From positions 2,790,001 to 2,854,000 of the forward strand of contig NC_043016.1 in the NCBI RefSeq assembly GCF_006345805.1: a DNA stretch of 64,000 bases, given 5' to 3'. Positions 1 to 12,366 of this stretch are shown here, in pieces. The position numbers were made by a program, and so were the translations under genes. The stretch's first letter is position 1. Each line of letters starts with the position of its first letter. The notes under the pieces are model-generated. The model did not search any database. It had not been told where the DNA came from and worked only from the letters and a program-made list of their open reading frames with translations. The stretch comes from Octopus sinensis. Taxonomy: Eukaryota.

Positions 1-855
1 ACTGACTGTCTCAGACCCTGCCTCTCTTCATCTGTATCTAACTTACGTTTTTTCAGAAATCTATCCATACTTGTAAGGCTGTAAACAGAATTGTATATAT
101 ATAAAAGCAAACCTAATAGTGACAGGACAAAATGATCTTTAAAGTGTTGCGAGTTTAATGATTTTTTATTAATGTCTTTTTTAGTACTAGGTATTTGATT
201 ACATTTAAATATGCATATAATAATAAAATAGATTTTCGGATTTGAATTTAAAATGTCGTGTATTTGTTAGAAATTTGTAAGGAATTAATATTTATGCATA
301 TTTACATTTCTTATAATTTACTATCAGTTTCCCTATCTCTTATTTCTTTCTACATATGTAATTCAACTCTCTTTCGAATTTTTTAATCTTAACATTTGAC
401 CAAATATTAATAGACGTCATACAAGAAAACTTTTTTACAAAAACGCCTTTTAAAAAAGCTAAAGATCTTTTAAGAGGCGGATTAACAACACCTAAATGGC
501 TTACGCAGTCAAAATGTTTCTTCCAAATATAGTTACTCGTATTTTACAAAAGAAAACTAAACCATCATCTAAGCTGGCATGCAACTCGTAGATGTACATG
601 TACATGTACGCACGAAGGATCAGGGTCATCTACGCTGGCGAGTAACTCGTAGTTGTACACGTCGTAGGCCTACATGTACACACCAAGGATCAGGGTCATC
701 TACGCTGGCGTGCAACTCGTAGATGCACAGATAGGCCTAACATGTACACACATATCTGCACAGGAGAATTAAAAATTACTGTCGAGTTTAGCATTTATGT
801 AACTTCTTCCGGAACCCCTGGACTGTACTGGTGGAACCCTGGTTGAAAACCACTG
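1..855 (-). mobile_element. 5' end of a hAT (Charlie/Buster-like) DNA transposon, running off the left edge
   Basis: Minus strand starts CAGTGGTTTTCAACC at 855-841, a hAT/Charlie-type TIR. The flanking 8-mer GTCTAGGG (856-863) resembles the NTCTAGAN target. An ATG at 68 opens MDRFLKKRKLDTDEERQGLRQS to the window edge, like Buster-type transposase N-termini. Confidence 0.65.
565..740. repeat. Three imperfect 61-70 bp tandem units (subterminal repeats of the hAT)
   Basis: TCATCTA(A/C)GCTGGC..G(C/T)AACTCGTAG recurs at ~565, 626 and 696. GGATCAGGG occurs at 617 and 687 (period 70). Confidence 0.8.
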
Positions 856-861
856 GTCTAG

Positions 862-1230
862 GGTAATGTTGCTACTCTTAACGAGTTTTCCTCTTTACAA
901 GATTGTTTTGGCACATTTTTCTAAGTCAAATTTTATATTTATTTCTTTGGTAAATCCATGTACTCTTTGTGGTAATGTTTCCAGCTGTTTACCTTTTGTA
1001 GCGCACAGTTTTATATCATCCATATGCAAGAGATGGTTGATTGTTTTGCCTCAATAGTTGTTTCCACATCCATTTCTGTTAGCATGTCAAATAAAGGTGT
1101 CAGTGCCAAGTAGAAAAGGAGTGGAGAGAGTGTGCCGCCCTGGAATATTCCTCTTCCAATGGGGAAGCTTCGGTTCTTATAAATCCTGTTTTGTCTGGAT
1201 CTGTAACATTATCTGCCATATTCCTAATTG
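862..1230 (-). mobile_element. R4/Dong-like (RLE-clade) LINE reverse-transcriptase fragment, decayed
   Basis: Minus-strand translation gives PIGRGIFQGGTLSPLLFYLALTPL...INHLLHMDDIKL...INIKFDLEKCAK, across frameshifts. Confidence 0.85.
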
Positions 1231-1273
<43 letters not shown>

Positions 1274-1283
1274 GTGTGGTGTG

Positions 1284-1316
<33 letters not shown>

Positions 1317-1489
1317 GTATGAATATTGGTGCTATCTTGTTCATGGTGCTAGCGATAGTATTCAACTTGTGTGGGGAATACTATCAAAATATTATTATTA
1401 TTATTATAATTGTTGTTGTTGTTTTTTCTTGTTGTGTTGAAGACATCGCATAGTATCCAATTTTGTGTTGTAGTAGATTGAAAATATTG

Positions 1490-1745
1490 TTTGTACTCTC
1501 TGACAAGTCTCAAGGTTCTCAGAAAAGCACCACGTTACGCAGTATGAGTGTAGTTCCAAGTAAAGCCGTTTTTGCTATACTCCTAGATTGTAGGTTATTT
1601 CTAAAGTTTCCAGATGTTTCTTCAAGTTGGTTGGTATTGAAACCAATGGCCCAATGACAACAGTAACAACGTTATGTTTGATTCTCGCAACTGTCACATC
1701 TTAGCGATCATAATTCTCAGGTCTCCATATTATCAATAATATTAA
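1490..1745 (-). mobile_element. R4/Dong-like LINE C-terminus and 3' end
   Basis: Translation ...IPTNLKKHLETLEI...QKTALLGTTLILRNV matches the R4/Dong C-terminal QK.ALLGT.HILR motif. (AAC)n/(AAT)n tracts follow downstream at ~1390-1430. Confidence 0.7.
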
Positions 1746-1951
1746 TACGCTAATTTTCTGTTTTTGCACGTACCTGTTCTGTGCGTCTGACTTACTTCAA
1801 AGGAGTAGCAAAGCGAGAGAAAGGAGGACAAAGAGGAAGTAAGACAGACAGAGAGAGAGAGTGAGAGAGAAAGCGAGGGAGTGAGAGTGAGAGAGAAAGA
1901 AACTGATGGTGACGGCGTTCGTTTTGTGTTTTCAGAGAGGACGTAAGTGAG

Positions 1952-1998
<47 letters not shown>

Positions 1999-2231
1999 AA
2001 GAGAGAGAAAAGTGAGAGAGACAGAGAGAGGTTGAAAGAGACAAGGATTGGTGACGGTGTTCGTTTTGTGTTTTTAGATTTTTATCACATCGCAAGTAGA
2101 TACATCGATACATATACACATTGTTAAATCAAAAGCGGGAGAGAAGAGGGACATACAGGAAGTGAAATAGAAAGAGAGACAGTGAGAGAGACGTAGATAC
2201 ATAAATCCAAAGAAAAGTTCATAGATATAAA

Positions 2232-2378
2232 CTTTTCTACTCCAGGCACAAGGCCCCAAATGTTTGAGGAGGGGGGCAGTCGATTAGATCAACCCTAGTA
2301 CGCAGCTGTTGCTTAATTTATCAACTCCGAAAGGATGTAAAGCAAAGTCGACCTCGACGGAATTTGAACTCAAAACGT
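2232..2378 (-). mobile_element. SINE family A, 5'-truncated, tail type 2
   Basis: Aligns to the copies at 4054, 23741 and 32508 (B box GAGTTCAAATTCC, GTCGACTTTGC core). Confidence 0.85.
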
Positions 2379-2439
2379 AAAAGTTCATATAGATACATAC
2401 ACACAACAAATATTGGATGTCAATTTTACTTTTCATTAC

Positions 2440-2550
2440 CACACAAGGTTAAAATTAACTCGCAAGTGGCCGAGTACCCCACAGATATGCCTTACATTAA
2501 CGTTGTCTCACAGAATATGACAAGGCTGGCTCCTTTGAATTACAGGTAAA
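2440..2550 (-). mobile_element. SINE family E tail fragment
   Basis: Similar to the reverse complement of ~42110-42220. Confidence 0.55.
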
Positions 2551-2711
2551 CTTGAGACATATATATATGAATGTATTTGTGTGTGTGTGTATAGTTTAGG
2601 TTAGTTAAAACGTGTTTGCAATAATAAGTGATGCGTGGTGGAAATAAACGCAATTACTAAACTTTCATTCATAAATCCATTTATTATTTCTATCTTTTGC
2701 ACTTCAATTTG

Positions 2712-3183
2712 TACATTTGTACCCAGAAATTATCAACAACTGCATGCCAGAAAAAGTGGAAAAACGAGTAATTTTATCTCCTAAAAATTCTGACTGTCTT
2801 ACTATAAATGAAAAAGTTCTTAATATCACACCAGAGGCATTTAGAACGTACTTAAACACAGATTCAGTGTCCTGCAAATAATGAAGAAGAGGTTCAGAAC
2901 TATCCATTTGAATTCATAAACTCACTCACTCCGTCCAGTATGCCTCCCCATCGCCTCAACTTAAAAATAGGGGTTGCTAAGAAATCTTTCGATCAGTAAA
3001 GGATTATGTAATGAAACTCGCATGAAAGTGCAAGGACTTTATGAACATTGTGTCTAGGCATAATTGGTAACAGGTTCTAACAGAGATCGCACAGTTCTAA
3101 TTCCCACAATTAAACTTAGCCTAAGTGATGCAAATATTGCATTCACACTAAACAGACTTCAGTTTCCACTTCGATTTGCATAC
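2712..3183 (+). mobile_element. Helitron PIF1-type helicase fragment, decayed
   Basis: RVILSPKNSD..INEKVL...YPFEFINSLTPSSMPPHRLNLKIG..LRNL...GLCNETR...VLIPTIKL...RLQFPLRFAY. Stops and frameshifts present; truncated before the TINKSQG motif. Confidence 0.9.
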
Positions 3184-3600
3184 TCTGTGTTTACTTCTTG
3201 TACGTCTAATTCTGGAATTTGTTGTATTTGGAATTCACATAAATATTGCTCTGCTTGTTTTGTTACTGAGTATGATGTTTTCTTGTTTTCATGCTTTAAG
3301 ACAGAGTTTTTCAGGTAGGTGTCTAGGCCAATTCTGGCAATCTTCATTGTGAACTCCAGTTGTAAAAGTCCACGGCCTCCCTCTTTTCTTGGCAGGTAAA
3401 GCCATTCTGTATCTGTCTTAGGGTGGTGCGCTCTATGCTTTGTCAACTGTTTTCGTATTTTGCTGTCAATATTACATATTTCAGTAATTGACCAGTGACC
3501 AATGATATTGAAACTGTAAGTCACGACTGGTATGGCTAAAGTATTGATCCCTTCGATCCCGTTTCTTGCATTCAGCTCTGTCTTCAGTATTGCTCTTACC
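3184..3600 (-). mobile_element. R4/Dong-like LINE post-RT fragment
   Basis: ORF 3159-3698 contains VRAILKTELNARN..INTLAIPVVTYSF..IDSKIRKQLTKHRAHHPK..LYLPRKEGGRGLLQLE. Confidence 0.85.
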
Positions 3601-3794
3601 TTCTTCTTCTTCTTCTTTCTTCTTCTTTCTTCTTCTTCTTCTTCTTCTTCTTCTTCTTCTTCTTCTTCTTCTTCTTCTTCTTCTTCTTCTTCTACCACTC
3701 CTTCTTCTTCTTCTTCTTGTTATTATCATTATTATTATTATTATTATTGTGATTATTATTATTTTTATTATATTATTATTATTATTATTATTAC

Positions 3795-3832
<38 letters not shown>

Positions 3833-3939
3833 TTTTATATTATTCTTTATTTTATTTTATTTTTATTATTACTATTATTAATATTATTATTATACTATTA
3901 CTACTATTATTGTTATTATTATATATTATTATTATGATG

Positions 3940-3974
<35 letters not shown>

Positions 3975-3984
3975 CATTATTATG

Positions 3985-4049
<65 letters not shown>

Positions 4050-4050
4050 A
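3601..4050. repeat. (TTC)n then (TTA)n microsatellite
   Basis: Direct inspection. Confidence 0.97.
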
Positions 4051-4053
4051 TAA

Positions 4054-4248
4054 GGCGTCGAGCTGGCAGAATCGTTAGCACGCCGGGCGAAATGCTTTGT
4101 GGTATTTCGCCCGCCGCTGCGTTCAGAGTTTAAATTCCGCCCAGGTCGACCTTGCCTTTCATCCGTTCAGGATCGATAAAGTACCCGCTGAGCACTGAGG
4201 TTGGTGTAATCGACTAAGCAAGGCCTGATGCCTATAATACAAAGGATT
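4054..4248 (+). mobile_element. SINE family A (tRNA-derived)
   Basis: A-box-like GCTGGCAGAATCGTTAG, B-box-like GAGTTTAAATTCC, core GCCTTTCATCC; multiple copies in the window. Confidence 0.9.
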
Positions 4249-4495
4249 ACTACTACAGCTGCTGCTGCTGCTGCTACTACTACTACTACTACTACTACTA
4301 CCATCACCACAAGCACCACCACCACCACCACCACCACCAGCAACACTGCTACCACCACCACCATCACCGCTACTACTACTACTACTACTACCATCACCAC
4401 CACAAACACCACCATCACCACCACCACCACCACCACTACCACCACCACCATCACTGCTACTACTACTACTACGAACTACTACTACTACTACTACT

Positions 4496-4530
<35 letters not shown>

Positions 4531-4543
4531 TGCTGCTGCTACT

Positions 4544-4585
<42 letters not shown>

Positions 4586-4600
4586 ACTACTACTGCGTAG
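4249..4600. repeat. Compound (CTA)n/(CCA)n/(CTG)n microsatellite
   Basis: Direct inspection. Confidence 0.95.
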
Positions 4601-6322
4601 CACCTAATAACCAAGTTTTATCTTAATATATATATGCTACAGAGCAAAGCGCCAGTCTCTCTCTCATTCATTTTCTTCTATGGCTGCGCGTGCGCGCACG
4701 CGCGAGCGTTTTGATTTGTTTATATTCATATTCCCTATATCTATATATGTGCATCCATCCATAAGCGTACATATTATATGTATATATACATAGACACTCA
4801 CGCATATATATGCATATTTGTATATATTATGTGTGTGTATATATATATATACACAGACACGCACATAATTTATACATACATATGTGTGTATATGCATGTG
4901 CATAATATACATTTATATATACATGTGTGTGTGTGTGTGTATGTGTATGCGCATAATATGTATATATGTGTATGTGTGTCTATGTGTGTGCGTGTGTGTG
5001 TGTGTGTTTATATCATATAACGTGCCCAGCACTATCATAAAAGCACTCGTTGTTTTTCTTGTACACTTCTTTAAACGGTATACCTATTTCGAGCTTAGCT
5101 TTTCCTTGCATAGTAAAATTGTTATTATTCTTATTAATATTATTCAGCCATTTACGTCTTCTCTGAACTTGCCATATATATTTCCCATATCAAAGCTAGG
5201 AGACAGTAATCTCGTTTTTGCTTTGTTTTTCTAACCTCAAATATCACGGAATAGTTTAGTAAATGAAGAATTCCTATCCATCTCTAAAAGCAATCCGCTT
5301 CTCATTTTCCGCCACAGCGATGTTTTTCTTCACCAATAACTGAATGCTTTCACACAATCCTTTAGAGTGTATTGCACAAAAGTATTTTGTCTTTGCTTGC
5401 TTTATAATAGAGAATGACAAAATATATTGTTTTCGTAAAGCAACTAGCCATGGTACAAATATATAAAGAAGAAGAAAAAAATGATGCCGTATACTGACGA
5501 CCGTCAGTGCTGCCCTTACCGATTATTAATGATGATGATGATGATAAACAATCGGATTTTACAAACGTGTTTGCAAACTTGACCAATTGCGTTAGCCTAC
5601 GACATATAAAATTGGAAGATATACAATCAGACGTCATTACTATTAATATTATTACGGTTTCCTCCGGTTACTTCAAACAAATAATACTGTTACTTTTAAT
5701 GCAGATGATGGTACAATTCTAAAATCATTTCATCTTTGCTTTTTACCATCTTGAAATTTTCTCGAAATAAACTTAGAAACGTCAAACTTTTATGCAGAAC
5801 ACATTCTCTGTTGCCTTCCTCCTACTGTCTCCTTGCAGCTTTTGAATGTAACTTTACAGGTCATCACTAGTGTTCTTTATTCATTTTTAATCTTCTCTTT
5901 ACGTGTTATTAGTTTAAGTCAGTGACCATACTGTAGCACTGCTTCAAAGAAAGATAACAGATTAGGTAATACCCCCAGCATTTAATTACTAAAGTATTTA
6001 TTTTATCAGCCTCTGGTAATCGGAATGCTTAAATGCGACTAATGAGTTGTGTTATCTTTTAGTGAGCAATCGTAAGAAATATACAACGTAGTAGACATTT
6101 ACAAAAAGAGATACATACATTCATACATATACACACACATATACACACATAGATACATACATACACAAACAAACATACATACACACATACATACATACTT
6201 ACATATATACATACACACATATACATACACACACACTCACCCATTCATGCATGCCATCATACATACATACATACATGCATACATACATACATACATACAT
6301 ACATACATACATACATACATAC

Positions 6323-6353
<31 letters not shown>

Positions 6354-7498
6354 CATACATACATACATACATACATACATACATACATGCTTGGAAATGA
6401 CTACATGCAACCGCTAGAGATATTAATATTTCTTCATGGATGACCTGAAGATTTATGTCTAAAATGTTAACAATAACCAAGATCAGCTGGAGTTAATAAC
6501 AGCATTTTCACCTGACATAAGAATGGAATTTGTCTATAAAAATGTTCTTATTTGATTGTTGAACGTGGAAAATCAGGTCCCCAGATCTAAAACCTCTACA
6601 TCAAGTCTTGTTCTGTCCGATACAAAGAATGCTACAAATAACTAAGAACTGGTGAAAACATATTGAGGATAAAGTTACAACGACTTGATAGCATTATACC
6701 AGATTTAGAAGATTATGGCAGCCATAACTCTCCTTTTACAACAAAACAATATCCCACAATGCATTAGCAGTACCAGTGCTGATCCCAACATTTGGTATAC
6801 TTGACTGGTCTGTAAGGGAAATTCATTCTAAAAACTTTGAAACCCGTAAGACCCTGATATCCAGTGGAAACTTGAGCAGAAACAGTACATCAACAGGTTC
6901 TACCTAGGAAGAGATGAAGGAAGTTGGGTTTCATATCAGTACAAACCATTTTTGAATATCATAGGGTCTCTGTCATACAGCACCCACTAAACACCAGCAG
7001 CAAAATAAATACATACATTTAGTATTGAATATCAAAAGAACATCTTATATGTCAGCAGTGTGATCCTCAGCAAGAATCCTCTTTACGATGACCTCCTATG
7101 CAATTCCAAAACAACCATATAGAGGAAATATGGATGTGCAACGTTAAGCAAAAAAAAAAAAAGAAAGAAAAAGAAAGACTTTGCCAGCTTTGTTTATCGA
7201 AGACTTGAAAAAGACATTAATGTTGACAGGAAGTATGGCCTCTTTTGTACATCACATCACACTTCGGCGGTTATGCACTTACAATCCAAGATCAGGAAAT
7301 TGCTACGAGATACCCAACAGAAGGGACAGTGTACCCCTTGGAGATCCAAGATCTAAACAAAATTGGAGAATTATGTCATTTCTGTGAAAGACATCACAGC
7401 TGCGCAAATATTTCAAAGTACTACCTGCATATTAGATACGATGTTATCGCAGAAAAACAATACACAATGCCATTTGGAAAATAAACGGTACGAGAATA

Positions 7499-8732
7499 TA
7501 TCAGGTCATCACATAAGTTCTGTCTAATGTTTACCTTTTTTTATAATTGAATGAAATTTACTAGTATTTTAGAATGTCTAATGGTATCAAAAATTATTTT
7601 TATGCATTTGTGTACATTTAAACTAAATAATACTATTTTTACAGAATAATAGAATTAAAATTGTTACCCTTTCTAACATGAAAGTACCCAAAGAGCATTT
7701 AAGGCACATAATGCTTTATGAGTACAAAAACGGAAACTCTGCAGCCGAAGTGACTCGAAACATACACTCAGTTTATGGGAAAGATGCCTGAATGAAAGAA
7801 CTTGCAGAAGATGGTTTGCAAAATTCAGAAGTGGATATTTCAGCCTTGAGGATGAAGATCGAACAGCACGTCCAGTTGAGTTTGATGATAAGCTCCTTGA
7901 GGCATTACTTGAAGAAAATCCTGCATTATCAGTTGAAGAATTGTCTATAAAGCTTAGTTCATATCATACAACTGTTCATCGTCATCTTCAACAACTTGGA
8001 AAGGTCTCTAAACTTGGAAAATGGGTGCCTCATGAATTGTCCGAAAGCAACCGCAAATCCCGAGTTGAAATCTACTCTGCTCTCCATTCTCGCTAACTCA
8101 TTTCACCCTTTTTGCTGACTGGTGACGGAAAATGGATCTTCTATCGAAATGTTAAATGTCGTAAACAGTGGCTTGGTAAAAGGGAAAAACTCAACCACAA
8201 CCGATAAAGTAACTTCATAGGAAATGGTTCTCTCTATCTGGTGGGATTGCAAAGAAATAACTCACTTTGAATTGTTATCACCTAATGCAGCAATCAATGC
8301 TCATGTCTACTGTCACAAGCTTTGAAAAAAAAAAGAGCTGCTTTAGTGAATCGAAAAGGAATGATGTTTCATAAGGACAATGTGTGACCCCACACTGCAA
8401 AGAACACATCACAGAAGATCGAAGAGCTTGGTTGGGAAAAAATTCCTGATCCACCTTATTCACCCGAACTTGCTCCTACAGACTACCATTTGTTTTGTAG
8501 TTTACAGAATCATTTGGGGGACATAACTTTCGCAAGCCACGAGTAGGTTGAAACTGACATTTCAGAGTTCTTCGCTTAGAAACCAAAAAAGGTTTACATT
8601 GATGAGATTAAAAAGTTTGTAAACAGATGGAAGGAAGTCATAGATAATCAGGCAAAGTACATTGATGATTAAATTTCAATTAATATAACATTAGATCAAA
8701 ATTCAGACAGACTTATGGGATGACCGGATATA
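7499..8732 (+). mobile_element. Full-length decayed mariner transposon
   Basis: TIRs TCAGGTCATCACATAAGTTCTGTC (7501-7524) and GACAGACTTATGGGATGACCGGA (8706-8728), each flanked by TA; ~1.23 kb. Confidence 0.92.
7678..8672 (+). pseudogene. Mariner DD34D transposase pseudogene
   Basis: MKVPKEHLRHIMLYEY...RWFAKFRSG...WVPHEL...TGDGKW...HKDN..PH...YSPELAPTDYHLF; several stops and frameshifts. Confidence 0.93.
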
Positions 8733-9026
8733 TAGAGATTCCACTGTTATTGAATACATACACAAGCATCAAGACAAGGGATACTGGTGGTGGACCATTC
8801 CCATCAAAAACATCTGGGAAATGTAAACATAAGAGATCGAACGGTGTTGTTTGGGGCAGACATGAAAGATGTGTAGCGTTATAGAGGTTAGCCGTCCTGT
8901 TGCTGTGAATATCTTTGAGAATCAAAGGGAAAGAGGATAAGTATGGAGAACTGCTTCGAAACCTCCAGTTTCTATATCAAAAATAATGATTTTTGCATTG
9001 ATTTTGTGAGTGAATACCTAAGTAAG

Positions 9027-9183
9027 GGTGGCTGTGTGGTAAGTAGCTTGCTTACCTACCACATGGTTCCGGGTTCAGTCCAACTGCGTGGCACCTTGGG
9101 CAAGTGTCTTCTACTATAGTCTCAGGCCGACCAAAGCCTTGTGAGTGGACTTGGTAGACGGAAACTGAAAGAAGTCCGCCGTA
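9027..9183 (+). mobile_element. SINE family B/C, 5' (B) module
   Basis: GTGGCTGTGTGGTAAG...GGTTCAGTCC...CCTTGGGCAAGTGTCTT; copies at 24443, 38140, 44530 and 55372. Confidence 0.9.
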
Positions 9184-10170
9184 TATATGTATATATATAT
9201 GTATGTATGTGTGTGTATATATATAAGATAGATAGACAGACAGATAGATAAATAAATAGATAGATAGATCGATAGATAGATAGATAGATAAATAAATAAA
9301 GAGAGAGAGAGAGAGAATGGGAAAGATAGGGAAAGAAAGGAAGAAAATTATTAGCCATTGGGTTGTTTGGTATAATGTGTTGCTAAGGAATCTAGTCTGG
9401 GTTAATTCCTCTTTAAACGATTCATGTTGCAAATATCCGAACTCAGTGAGGCAATCTATTGTAGTATGCAAGTGTTGTACTGTTTGAAATGGAAAGCTAA
9501 ACCAATACACAGACAAATCTACAACAAAGTGAACTGATCTTTCTGAGAATTAAACGCTTTCACATGAAACGTTAGAGCTTTGTTGTTGTTTTTCTTTTGT
9601 TATGTCAACTCTGAACATGCAACCCTATAATCAAAAGCAATTTATTTGTGTAAATCTCACAGCTTTCCCCATTTTTAATGCATTAAGAACTACATTATCT
9701 AAACTATCATTCCTTTTTACAGATTTCTGCAAAGACAATTTGCAACAATTTTCAAACAAGATGGTTTCGGCGAATCCTTTGTTATTCATTTGTTATATTA
9801 TCCTTCACTAATTTATCAGACAGTTCTTGTCATTATTAATTGCAAAAAGTGAACGGGATGTTCGAGTCATGTAAATGTCTGTTTTTAATTGTGAAATTTA
9901 TATAAAGAGACATATTTCCATTGGATGAAAATGAGATATCGAAAGATGAATACTGATAAACTACATTTTTTTAATCAATTCGATTGTTTCAATAGTTTGA
10001 ACTACAGCCTTGGCAGGTAAAATTTTAAGAAGTTTCATTTGACAAAAATTAATCTTTAGTCTGATTTTAAGCGTGGTATTTATTGTATCGGACTCTATTT
10101 GGTGAACTGCTTGCTTTCAGAGAAGTTAATCTACATCGGTCATTATTCGGTGAACGACAAACACGAACAG

Positions 10171-10254
<84 letters not shown>

Positions 10255-10344
10255 CATGCATAAATTGGTTCAGAAGGTGAATTCCAGAAGTTTTGAGATT
10301 GTGTTAGGAGAGACATTTATGAATTTCATAGAAGCACAAAAGTC

Positions 10345-10700
10345 GTTTTTCCTTCAGAATAGAATCTTCGGGCGTCAAAGCAATTATTGTAGCGCTCCAA
10401 ACAATTCATTAAAGCTCCGTATTAGTCCTCCAAAGGGAAGATGTTCATGATCCTTGTCACAGCCTCCTTCATCTTCACAATGTCTTCAAAACGACTGATC
10501 CTGACGTACTCCTTCAGCTTGTAAAACAATCAGAAGACACAGGAACTGAAGTTCGGACTATACAGTGATTGAGGGATAGTTTTGATGCCTATTGCTATCA
10601 AGTAGTTGTTTACGTGGATGGAATTCTGGACCGGTATATATTCCTGGTACAAATTCGCGTTTCGACTACATTGTTCAAACTAGTAGGCTGTATCAAGTAG
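10345..10700 (-). mobile_element. Mariner transposase C-terminal fragment
   Basis: PVQNSIHVNNYLIAIGIKTIPQSLYSPNFSSCVF*LFYKLK...RFEDIVKMKEAVT...LERYNNC, matching the HQDNAP/YSPDLAPCDF region. Confidence 0.8.
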
Positions 10701-11084
10701 TTTTTAGCATGGTGTGTTCAAAGTGCTGTTACAGCCGTATCCTTCAATCTGGAACAAGAAGAGCTTGTTTGGTAATGCTGTACTATAATTACTACAATCT
10801 GGAACAATTATAAAGTGTCTTTTCGAAAATGTCTCAAAACTTTACGTTCATCTACACATCATTCCATTCATTTGTCCAATCCTCAATGGATATAATTGAA
10901 ATAAATTAGAGAGGTTATTTCAAAAGGTTTTGAGGGGGCATTTGGGGATACTTGCTTTTAAGTACATTACTTTCTTTAAACAAATAAGTTTTCTTATTCT
11001 TTCATACTCCTCTGCCAGATAAAATACTCACACAAGAAATAAGTTTCCAACAACACCGATAGTTTTAGCAATGGTGATTAATGA

Positions 11085-11479
11085 AGAGCGTGTTATGCCG
11101 CCTCATGGCTTTTCAAGGTGCGTTGATGCTGCTGGATATGTTGAAGTTTCTTAAGCACAGCAGAGACAAAATATGCAGTAGAAAGCCATACTTGTTTAAA
11201 AAATCTCGGTACACTTTGACAAAGCGTAAAGAACATAAGAATGGATGTCAGACAATCTTTACGATCAAGTAACGCTAAAATTGAAGCATCCCAACTCGTT
11301 TTGGACTTTTACCTTTGGACTATTGTTGAAAGAGTGACTCATCAAGATATTCACGCCACCAAAGCTTTACTGAACGTCGCTTTTTCAACATGAATAAGGG
11401 ATATTTCGAGCAGGCCTTTCAACGATTTCCATCCCGCACTGAAACAGTTAACGAAGCTGGAGGCGAATTCTTAGAATAA
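11085..11479 (+). mobile_element. Tc1/mariner (maT/DD37D-like) transposase C-terminal fragment
   Basis: VMPPHGF...KPYLF...EWMSDN...LDFYLWTIVERVT...FQRFPSRTETVNEAGGEFLE*; frameshifted. Confidence 0.7.
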
Positions 11480-11539
11480 TCTGATAGTGAATTTATCGAG
11501 AAAATGAGCAGTGAAGTTTTTAAAACTACATTTGATTTT

Positions 11540-12030
11540 AACTGGCTTTATAAACTTAGATCTTTTGCAAACAACTTGCTGTTGCAAATGTTACCATTTG
11601 AAAGTTCCGCATACCGGATGCTAGCAGGTTTATGGATCATTAGGAGACAATGTGCGCCCTTTCGAGACCTTCCTCTCTACGGCATCATTGGATACCGGCA
11701 CCCCTCACTGAAATGAGGCCGTATCAGTTAAATCAATTGCTTATTAGGTTTCGCTCAATATTCTTCTAGCCATTGCTCATCGTCTCTTTTTAACCAAATC
11801 CAGTGGCTTATCTTCTACACTGTAGTCTGGATATTCATCATGGTGGTATTTGCGTTACGACGAGTTAAGCCTGGCGATAACAACAGCCGCCTTATACTCT
11901 GTCCAACAAATCTTCTACACAACCGACTTCGATTAGAAATGCTCTGCTTTCCAGCTTGCGTCTTCACATTCCTCGAGGTTTCATAACGGTCAATCGTTAG
12001 CCCGAGCAGCGGCCATGAGGAACCATTAAC
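11540..12030 (-). mobile_element. Hero-like RLE LINE 3' end
   Basis: GWKAEHFLIEVGC..RFVGQS...NIQTTV*KISHWIWLKRDDEQWLEEY*; the 3' UTR is homologous to 57470-57800. Confidence 0.7.
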
Positions 12031-12324
12031 TCGACTAGGCTTAATACTTTCTTTCGCACCATAAAAAACTATCCGTCAGTTCTCAGTGTTCCTACTTTAG
12101 CGCATGTGCAGTTATCATTTTCTTATACGTTCCATCTTAATGGGTTTGTAAGAAATCGTAAAATAAACGAACCAGAAAACTTAGACGCAAACATATTTCA
12201 CTCCAACTTATTTTACTCTCAACAACTTGTTCCTCTCATTTCGTCATCTATCCTTGTTGAGTGCACTGAATCGAATGAAGTCCCTTCTCTGCTTCCCTTG
12301 CTTTGACGCTGTTGCGAACAATAA

Positions 12325-12366
12325 ATGATGAAGGGATATAATAAAATATCCTAGAAATAGCTGTAA
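12325..12366 (+). ncRNA. Degenerate PLE-type hammerhead-like motif
   Basis: ATGATGA-A-GGGATAT-loop-ATATCCT-A-GAAA-TAGCTGTA. C3 is altered and there is no stem I pairing. Confidence 0.3.

Larger units (their letters stand above)
6425..9000 (+). mobile_element. R4/Dong-like RLE LINE fragment, split by a mariner at 7499-8732
   Basis: FMDDLK at 6433-6450; NALAVPVLIPTFGILDW; GYALTIQDQEIATRY; CHFC zinc-knuckle remnant. After the mariner: YWWWTIPIKTSGKCKH and DKYGELLRNLQFLY (RLE region). Confidence 0.8.

Noticed and set aside
565-740. CRISPR-like repeat-spacer array
   Set aside because: Units are similar along their whole length with no unique spacers; eukaryotic context; better explained as hAT subterminal repeats.
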